Shown: positions 52,222 through 64,000 of the stretch, piece after piece
How the letters are laid out: every line of letters starts with the position of its first letter
How positions within the stretch are numbered: position 1 is the stretch's first letter
Assembly (NCBI GenBank): GCA_951406725.2
Contig: OX597822.1
Span: forward strand, 80,662,001-80,726,000
Direction of reading: 5' to 3'
DNA: 64,000 nucleotides
Source: Octopus vulgaris
Taxonomy: Eukaryota
Translations under genes and position numbers: made by a program
The notes under the pieces: model-generated
Told to the model about the DNA's origin: nothing
The model's input: the letters and a program-made list of their open reading frames with translations, nothing else
The model's database searches: none

Positions 52222-52240
52222 GTATATAATATATATATAC

Positions 52241-52272
<32 letters not shown>

Positions 52273-52309
52273 GTATACATAAACACATACATATATACAT
52301 ATATCTATG

Positions 52310-52356
<47 letters not shown>

Positions 52357-52505
52357 GTATACATAAACACATACATATATACATATATCTATGTATATAT
52401 ATATATACATAACATATATATATGTATATATGCATGCACTCCGACACACACATACACACACGTATTTATATGTATATATAGAGAGATATATACATACACA
52501 CATAA

Positions 52506-52562
<57 letters not shown>

Positions 52563-54127
52563 CATACATAGATATATTTACATATACATATATGTGTGTG
52601 CGCATATATGAACAAGAGGAAGGAACACCTAGTACAATAGAGCAGATTTTTAACAACTTCCCCTTTATACCGAATCAGTCAGCATTTTGAGTGGAACGGA
52701 ATTTTTTTTTAGACGAACAATAAATTTTAAAATACCGGATTCTGAATCTAACATATAAATTATTGATGACTTCAGATAACACACACGCTCACAGGCATTC
52801 ATACACACAGACACACAGACTTATATGTAGAGCCGAGTATGTACATAGAGATGAACATAATACTTATCGTGAAGTTTCGAAAAGTGTCTAAACTGTCAGC
52901 ACTTAATAGTTTTGAGTATACACACAAACACACGGACGCACATACACATAGACACGTACTCGCGCGCATGCACGCACACACGCGCACACACATGCAAACA
53001 TACACACACGCTTATCTGATTTAAACAAAGATAAACTCAGAGAAATATCTCAGAGCATCCAGTACTGGTAAAAATTTGAACATACATACATAGATTTGAA
53101 CACAAATACAGAAATATCTAGCACCATGCAGCATCAATTCTTGATTTATTCAATTTATCTCCGCCTCCAGTTGGCGTGTCTCAATTCCGAAACAGTAACT
53201 CAGACAAACTTTACATGTAAGGGGGAGATTATTTCAAGACTCAAACCTTCTCTGAAATTGAATTGTCATTAAGAAAAAGGACAAGTTTATTGTTTGAAGA
53301 TAATGGAACAGACTCAATAGCCATTGACAAATTCAACAATCGTCTCCACTTATCACCAGTAACCAAGAGCCTTATATGAATTCAATAAGACTTGCTCATA
53401 TTTATGGCCTTAGCCCGTCCTAATAAAATGTGTTTTGATATTGCTTTCTATTATGTAAGTTATTGCAAATAAATTTATTCACGAATCCATTGCAAAAATA
53501 CCCGGGCTTTGAAAAAAGACACCATTAGCAGAACGGGCAATATGGTCTTCATTCAGCCACTTACAGAGACAAACCCGGCATGTTTCGATCCTATTAGACA
53601 TCTTTATAGAGGTAGAGAGTTTAACATATTCGCCGAGTTAGAAGGATGAATCATTAAGCAGTTGTACAATAAATACTATGCGCGAATATGTGTGACTAGT
53701 TAGCATATTATAAAAATTAAATCACTGAGATTAATTACAGGAATACTTTGAAAGAAACTCATTAATTAAAGACAATAAGTATTCGGAAAATATTAGTTAA
53801 TTTAATATTAAAATATGCTATGTAATGGGAACAAAAATATAAATCAATTGAAATAATTAAAAGTTTAGAAAAGAGATTAGCTCATTAATCATTTTTGTAA
53901 GTATGGGTGACAATCCTAGATACGTTTCAGTTTCATAATACCTCATTAGTGAGGCTTGGACTTAACAAAGTAATGACGAGTGTCGAAATTAATATACAAA
54001 ATTGCAGACGTGTATTTTTGGCAAATTATAGAATTTATAAAAAGAAAATCGATGACATTTTACTACTTTGACACGCCAGTCTCAAAGTAGTAAATGGAAA
54101 GAATAACAACATATACTGAAATACATA

Positions 54128-54276
54128 GGCAAATGAATGGCTGTGCGGTGAGAGGCCTGCTTTGCAGCTACATGGTTATGGTTTCAGTCTCTTTGGAAAG
54201 TGCTTTCTAATGTAGCCTCTGGCCGACCAAGTCCGTATGAGTGGATTTGGTACCAGGAAACTGAAAGAAACCCGTC

Positions 54277-54278
<2 letters not shown>
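54128..54278 (+). mobile_element. SINE S1 5' module
   Basis: tggctgtgcggtgag…gagtggatttggta…gaaactgaaagaaacccgtcg. Confidence 0.85.
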
Positions 54279-54324
<46 letters not shown>

Positions 54325-54327
<3 letters not shown>

Positions 54328-54570
54328 TAAATTTTAGGGTAGCAAAAAATTCTAGAAAAATTCTCCGCTATCAGCGGTCAAGTGAGAAAGAAAAACTAGC
54401 CAATAGACTATACATTCAAACATATAAGGGATGACCATAATAGGACATCCGACTCACTAGAAAGAGCAGCCAAACTCCAAATCGCTAATAGTTGTAATTC
54501 TGAAATGGAAAGAGAAATAAAAACGTTTACCCTCTCCTTTCTCGACTATGCATAGTTTCGGCAATCTTTT
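54325..54570 (-). mobile_element. Family B fragment with the 3' half of an HHR
   Basis: ttagggta, ctagaaagagcag and taaaaacgtttacc motifs shared with 34391-34620; minus strand CCGAAAC-TATGCATA-GTC. Confidence 0.7.
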
Positions 54571-54583
54571 GTAAATAAAATAA

Positions 54584-57490
<2,907 letters not shown>

Positions 57491-57495
57491 ATATA

Positions 57496-57555
<60 letters not shown>

Positions 57556-57568
57556 TATATATATATAT

Positions 57569-57763
57569 GCGTGTCTCTCTTTGCGACTGTCACCCACGAG
57601 GGCCTGATTACAAGTGCTGGTATATTTACGTCCCCATAGCTTAGCTTTTCGACAAAAGAGAATAAGTCTTGGAGCCGTTTTGTTCCACTAAAATCACTTT
57701 AAGGCGGTGCCCCAGCATGGCCGCTGTCAAATGTCTAAAGCAAATAGAAATAAAGATAAAAGA
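57569..57763 (+). mobile_element. SINE S1 3' module
   Basis: tgctggtatatttacgtcccc…aaggcggtgccccagcatggccgc. Confidence 0.8.
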
Positions 57764-57772
57764 TATACGCAT

Positions 57773-57980
57773 AGGCGCGGCCGTGACGTTAGAAAGATTG
57801 CGTCGCTGCCATATGGCTTCAGGTGCAGTCCCACTGAGTGGTAATTCGATTTAGAGCTTCTTTCAGTTTCCGTCCTATAAATCCAATCACAAGGCATTGG
57901 TTGGTTCGCGCTTTCGCAGCAGACAGTTGCCCAAAGTGCCACTCAGTGGGATTGAACCTGGAACTATTTGGTTGGGAAAT
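57773..57980. mobile_element. Two convergent S1 head fragments (+ then -)
   Basis: cagtcccactgagtgg (+) and ccactcagtgggattgaacc (-). Confidence 0.7.
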
Positions 57981-58772
57981 TCATATGCAGATTTAGTAGT
58001 TTATATTTCAGAGCGAGCTTCAAGTTTATTGTTTGTGATCAGCGAATGTAAACGCATGTAAGGATCTACTTTCTGCTTGTGGTGCACTTCATTTTTTTTC
58101 TTCAAAATTGTCATCGCTCGTTTTTAGACCAACAACATAGCAATGTTTAATTTCAGTTTATGATAAAACTGTTTGAAAGCTTTTCCATCATTATTAAGAA
58201 GTTATAGAAAATATTCTTTTCGTTAGGTTTTTTATGAGATGTACTGACAAAATAAAGTTTTATTAGATCTACAAGAGCATATGGAATAACATTTTCGAAA
58301 TATGACCAAAAAAGAAAAAAAAAAACAGTGATAATTTCTGGGGAGCCAGTTTTTGCGTTTCTCCTGTTTAACATGGCATATGTCAGTTCTTCTCTCTCCA
58401 AGGATAGAAAATATCGGAAAATTTTATAACCAGCTTCAAGTATGAGTGACGCAATCTTCCGTGGTTTCTTTAAAGAATCAATAAAAAATATTCCCAAATA
58501 TCTTCTATGCACGTGATTCCATTCTCTTCCATATAGTTGTAGTGTGCTTGTCATAAACGGTAGAACAGCTAAATCGGTAGATCGCTGCACATAAATGTTT
58601 TGCATTATTTATTTTACGTTTATTTTATGACGCTTTAGCTACTGATTTCAAATTCCGATTGGATCGAATTTCCTTTCATTGTTTTGGGCTACCGATAAAG
58701 CAACAATTGAAAATGTAAGATCAGGTCTTGTGCCATTAGCAGGAATTATTGTTTCTAATAAATAAATGTTAC

Positions 58773-58925
58773 GGGCGTCACTGTGTGGTTAATAGCGTGC
58801 TTCCCAACCACATAGTTCCGAGTTCAGTTCCACTGAATGGTACATTGCGCGAGTGTCTTCTACTATAGCCGTGGGTCGACCAAAATCTTGTGAGGGGATT
58901 TGGTAGACGGAAACTGAAAGAAGCC

Positions 58926-58930
<5 letters not shown>
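58773..58930 (+). mobile_element. SINE S1 5' module (3' module pieces at 59385-59475 minus and 59590-59655 plus)
   Basis: Matches 32627-32790. Confidence 0.88.
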
Positions 58931-58965
<35 letters not shown>

Positions 58966-58969
<4 letters not shown>

Positions 58970-59304
58970 TATTACATTATATAAAAGGGCTTAGTAAAAT
59001 AAATTACTTTGCCGCATACTGAACTTATTAGAAATAGCAGCTAAAAAACATTTTTAAAACTATTTCTAATACTTAAAGAAAATCTCTCTCATATATGAGA
59101 GAGATTTTCTTTAAGTATTAGAAATAGTTTTAAAAAAGTTTTTTAGCTGCTATTTCTAATAAGTTCAGTATGCGGCAAAGTAATTTATTTTACTAAGCCC
59201 TTTTATATAATGTAATAATTTGAATTCGCCTTAAATGGTCCCTTTGCATACTGAACACTTGGTGAAATTGATTAATAATTAATTAATTTTACCCTCAATT
59301 GTTG

Positions 59305-59305
<1 letters not shown>
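58966..59305 (+). mobile_element. Family B-like element with a 256-bp spacerless palindrome (58966-59221)
   Basis: 128-bp arms with one mismatch, centre ATATAT; GCTGCTATTTCTAA motif and TTACCC end; (TA)n on both flanks. Confidence 0.8.
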
Positions 59306-59349
<44 letters not shown>

Positions 59350-59659
59350 GTACGTATGTATGTATTTGTATGTCTGTGTTTATCGGATCCTTTTTGCCGA
59401 ACCGTTAACTTACGGGGACAAAACACAACATCGGTTTCCAAGCGATGGTGGGGGAACATTGACACAAACACACAAATATATATATGTGTGTGTGTATGTG
59501 TGTGTGTGTGTCTGTGTGTGTATCTGTGTCTGTGTGTGTGTGTGTGTGTGTCTGTGTGTGTATCTGTGTCTGTGTGCGTGTGTGTGTGTGTGTCTGTGTT
59601 TGTTCCCCCACCATCGATTGACAACTGATGCTGTTGCGTTATGTCCCCGTAACGTGTGT

Positions 59660-61006
59660 ATCTTTGCCGATTTTTTTGCCTCTATCAACCTTTTTCTCTT
59701 GAACTTTCCTCTGTCACCTGTTTCCATTTATTTTTACGTGTCTGAATTTTCTAATTTTGGAGTCGATTTTTGGTTGTGCTAAGAGCTCTTTAGGATTTTT
59801 AGCGTTTGTTACTCGTAAATTTGTTCCGCAGTTTGAACTCTTGCGACCAATTCTTTTGCAACTGTAACATTTTTAATTTTTAAATGGACAGTCTTTTCTG
59901 AAATGCCCCCACAGTCATAACATATATTAAGACGTGGCGATCTCTTTTGGTTGTACTTTTCCGGTCGGTATATCTATATTTTTGAGGAATCCTTTTCCTG
60001 AATTTTTTCTCCATCGTGTTTCAGATTTACCATCCTTCGGCATTCTTCTGCCACGGACTGTAAGGTTAGATCTTGATTCGCTTGTTTCAATTTAAAAAGA
60101 ATTTTTGCCCGAATTTCTATATCTTCGCTTACTGTAAGGTCTTGTACGAAAATAAGACGCTTCAACATCTCAGGTGTAAGTTCTTTCAGTTTGAAACTTT
60201 CACACATTTTGTTGACTGTTCCTCCATACGTAATAAACTCATCCTCCTCGTTTTTAGTTAAATTCTAACACTCCATTCGAGTGTTAAATTGAGAAGTTTA
60301 ATCACCGAATATGTTAGACAGTAATTCAATTGTTTCTTTAAAACAAATTTCATTGGGTTTTGTGGGCAATATGTAATTACAGTAACGTTCATGCAAGAGC
60401 TAACTTTTCCAATAACAATCTCACTTTTTCTTCGTCCGACAATGATTTACAATCTTGCTTAAAAATTCTTCCTACCTTCTGTAAGACGAAGCAAAGTTAT
60501 ACGCTCCTCTGGGTTTTAACGGAATGCATTAATCGAGTTTGAAACGCCGTCTGGCGAAAACTAACATGCCTCGTTTTTGGATTTCTTTGAATATAGCTCC
60601 AATAATTGTTGTTATTATTGTTGCTGTAATAGCTGCTTCTGCGACCTTTGTTTCTGCTCTTGCTATTGCTTTTGCAACTGTACTATGGAAACAAATAGGT
60701 CTTTCATTATTTAACAAGTTGTATCACGAACAAATTGTTAAATACTCTATGTAAGCTTCGAATCCCTTGTCGCCAGGTGTTGTAACATGATTTGTTACGT
60801 AGAATGAATAAGATAACCAGACATCAGTAATATAACGTTACGAAGTAACAAATCTCTCTGCGAATCAACAATCAATATACCTTCTGAACTAACCAACGAC
60901 CTCCCAGTGAACTAACATGAACTCTGAAGTCATTCGGGTCGTTATTATTTACACTTTACTCAGACCAGTCTATCTCTCCCAAAGGGACGTCATAAATCTC
61001 ATCACA
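59660..61006 (-). mobile_element. Ty3/Gypsy (Mag-like) LTR retrotransposon 5' part: LTR 60778-61006, PBS, decayed gag
   Basis: Minus: TGTGATG…TGTTACAACA then TGGCGACAAGGGA PBS (60763-60775); gag LKRLIFVQDL…EIRAKIL…LTLQSVAEEC and CxxC knuckle remnants; no pol seen. Confidence 0.8.
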
Positions 61007-61010
61007 ATAA

Positions 61011-61064
<54 letters not shown>

Positions 61065-61637
61065 GGAGTGTGCTTCTGTGTGTGTGTATGTAAAATTAGT
61101 AAAGGAGGGTGAAAAATAACACCTACAATTGCTAGAAATGAGAGCCAAATTTTAACTCGGACAGCCACACGGAAGCACTAAACTCGTGAAATACCTCGGA
61201 CTGCAAGCAGGAAGCCACAATATCTTTCTTTGGTGAGATACACTCAGAGAATGAAATAGTTTGATAGACCTTATAACGTGTGTTCGAAACTTGATCAATA
61301 TGGTCTTTCCCGTCAGAGGTTTCCTCAATTATTCCGAGTTAAAGGAGATAGCCGGCCTCCTATTCGTTCCTGAGAAGAAAAAAAACTTGAATTGCAAGCG
61401 CTAAAATTCAAAACGGTTAAGGTGTACATAAACATACAATAAAAAATTATAATAATATATTAATGTATTAAGATATATTAAATACATTTCGTGAAGTTGG
61501 TGCTTTTGTCTGTCAGTCCTAGTTAAATTTTTACTCTTTCATCTCTAGCAGTTGTAGGAGGTATTTTCCACCTTCATTTATTAATTTTACCTTTTCGTTT
61601 TCATTGCTATAACTACCTACACACATATACACACATA

Positions 61638-62154
61638 TCTATATATATAAAACTGTAGTTGTGTGAGTGTCTGTCCCCTTCGATTTAGATTCCTAACTCC
61701 TCCCACATTTTGCGGTGCAGTTTAACCAAATTCGAGTATCTTATAGTCGTGATTAATATCGAGCCCGTCTGGCTATTAGCGCGCGTCTACGATGAGTCTA
61801 CGATTTAAAAAATAATTTAACATCATTTTTTATTCCATTTTAATGCATAATTTTTCGTGTGTCGATGGCGGCGGAGTTGGCGTCCACGCTCAAACACCTG
61901 CACCTGTGTTTGCTTTTCCCCCTTCTTCCCTCCCTCGTGAAGCTGTGGGGAAGGGAGTGTAAAGAAATTAACGTCGTAAAGCGTTGTCAAGGAGACCAGC
62001 GTTCTTTTAGAACAACGACTTCATGGCTTGAAGACACCAAAACAGAAATGGCTAAGAAAGCCTAAATTGGCATCTATAAGGGAAGTAACTCTCTAAAAAT
62101 GCTTATATAGTTATTTCCCTTACAAACCCGAGCAACGCCGGGCGATACTGCTAG
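61638..62154 (+). mobile_element. Complete 517-bp non-autonomous Helitron
   Basis: A|TC 5' end, subterminal CCCG…CGGG hairpin, CTAG|T 3' end, no TSD. Confidence 0.85.
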
Positions 62155-62177
62155 TATATATATATATAATATGATAT

Positions 62178-62214
<37 letters not shown>

Positions 62215-62626
62215 CGTGTATTCCATTAGGAACGTAGTACAGTACAAAGCAGAGCTCGTTCAACCTTAGAATTACCAAATAGCCGGAAGGAGTACGGTAT
62301 ACTTCGAAGTCTAAGTTTAGGCATTCATCGTGTGTGAAAGTAAAAATTGAATAGAGGCAACAGGAAGGAGTACGTTTAGACAGCTTTTTAATAAACACTA
62401 CAAATGTTTCCGTACAACATAGATCCACATATACACAGGATTTAAAGTAAGCAACGGTTTACCAGTTTGATGGGATCCAGTTGCATCTACTCAGGTGATA
62501 TTTAATTGTTGCCCCGTTAGTAAACATTTGACACGTTTAACTCGCAACATGTGTAGTATTTATTAAATTGCTGTCGAACCGTACTCTTTCTTGTTGACTC
62601 TATGTTTTCAATTACATTTATATTTA

Positions 62627-62657
<31 letters not shown>

Positions 62658-63087
62658 ATAAATACCCACACACCACGAACTCATGTACATATAATACTTT
62701 CATTTTTTTCATTTTTCACTTCGTGTTTCACTGATTGCCCCAACCATTTCACGTCTTCAAGTAAGATACATCCGTGTTGTAATTTCTGTAATAATCTCAT
62801 CAAACATTGCCCGGATATATAAATGCGTCTGCATGTTTCGTTCGCTGGCATTGCATGCAGAAGTTATTGTTCGTTGTGAGAATGTTACGTGAATATAGCG
62901 TACAGGTGTTGTGAAGGTTGCATGTACGGATCTGGAAAGTCAATAAAAGACAGACGTGTGTGAGTGTGTGAGTGTGTCTGTGAGTGTGAGTCCATAAGAG
63001 TTTAATGGCTCCAAGGAAAACACCTTGAACTCTCTCGAAAGAAGAAACCAGTTCCTTACACTTATTGATATTGCATGAATAGAGGAT

Positions 63088-63123
<36 letters not shown>

Positions 63124-63444
63124 GAGGGAGAGAAAGAGAGGGTAGAGAAGGGGAGAGTTTTCATTTTGCTATTTTCTTTTCTTCGATTTGAAGAGATAAT
63201 AAGAGACGCAATCGACTGGGTTAAATGCGTACACATTTTCATTCAGCTACTTGCTGTTCGGTTGTGGTAGTGGTATCATCATCATCATCATCAGTATTGT
63301 AATTGTGGTTGTTGTTGTTACTACTATTATTGTTGTTGTTTTTGTTACCCCATATCTGTTTTACTCCTGGATATATGTGTGTCTGTGTATGTCCCTATGC
63401 ATGTATGTATATATGTAGTGATATTAATTCGAATGTATATATGC

Positions 63445-63482
<38 letters not shown>

Positions 63483-64000
63483 GTATAAATATATATACAT
63501 ATGTGAATGCATGTGTGTGCATGTATGTATATATATAAGTATATATATATGTGTGTATATATATATATATATGTATGTATGTATTATATATATATGCGCA
63601 TTTATTTGAAAAACTATAAGCGCGCGTACGCACACAGATGAGTACATACGTGGTTACAGACAAATGCGTGCATGTGTATACGTATGTGTGCGCATGCGTG
63701 TACGTGCGAGTGCGCGTTCGTCTCAATGTCAATTCCTCTCCTTTCTGAATACATGAAGGTCATAATTTCCATTCAATGTGCTTCTCGAAGAATACGGAAT
63801 GGAACAATAAAGATTTTTCTGCGTCGTTTCTAACCATTCATACAGTGCAGACCCTATTAAGTTTCTTTCATTGACAGCCATTCATATTATACTCTATTAC
63901 TTTATTTCTTCATAAAATTATTGTTTCTTTCCACATACGCATATATAGAAATATATATATATATATACATTTTATGTTGCTTCTATATGAAATTAGGTGA

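Noticed and set aside
52255-52410. Local ~75-bp duplication within microsatellite (similar at 8745-8905)
   Set aside because: Ordinary slippage or unequal exchange in low-complexity DNA.
61265-61310. CGAAAC-TTGATCAA-TA-TGGTC, HHR-like 3' half
   Set aside because: CUGANGA core absent; too decayed to call.

Overview
This is AT-rich eukaryotic DNA saturated with repeats. It looks intronic or intergenic and is most consistent with a coleoid cephalopod (Octopus-like) genome; that is an inference from the SINE families and the extreme (TA)n/(TATG)n/(ATT)n load. Almost all ORFs in the track are microsatellite artefacts. The recognisable coding remnants are transposon-derived: a young 5'-truncated CR1-group LINE (54.9-57.5 kb), several Dong/R4-type RLE LINE fragments, mostly in (TAA)n tracts, a Penelope-like GIY-YIG remnant, Tc1/mariner fragments and a Mag-like Gypsy LTR+gag. 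Non-autonomous Helitrons and at least four tRNA-SINE families are also present. One low-confidence spliced 3' end of a Rab-like host gene (…KCC*) lies at 44.4-44.6 kb. The most striking unannotated signal is a set of short non-coding elements, mostly in (TA)n tracts, that carry minimal type I hammerhead ribozymes. They occur as more-than-unit-length tandem copies (353-nt and 478-nt monomers) or as fold-back palindromes. One family also shares a multi-hairpin RNA module with compensatory base changes. Together these look like retrozyme-type (circular RNA-derived) retroelements mobilised by a Penelope-like RT. All alignments and folds were done by eye.
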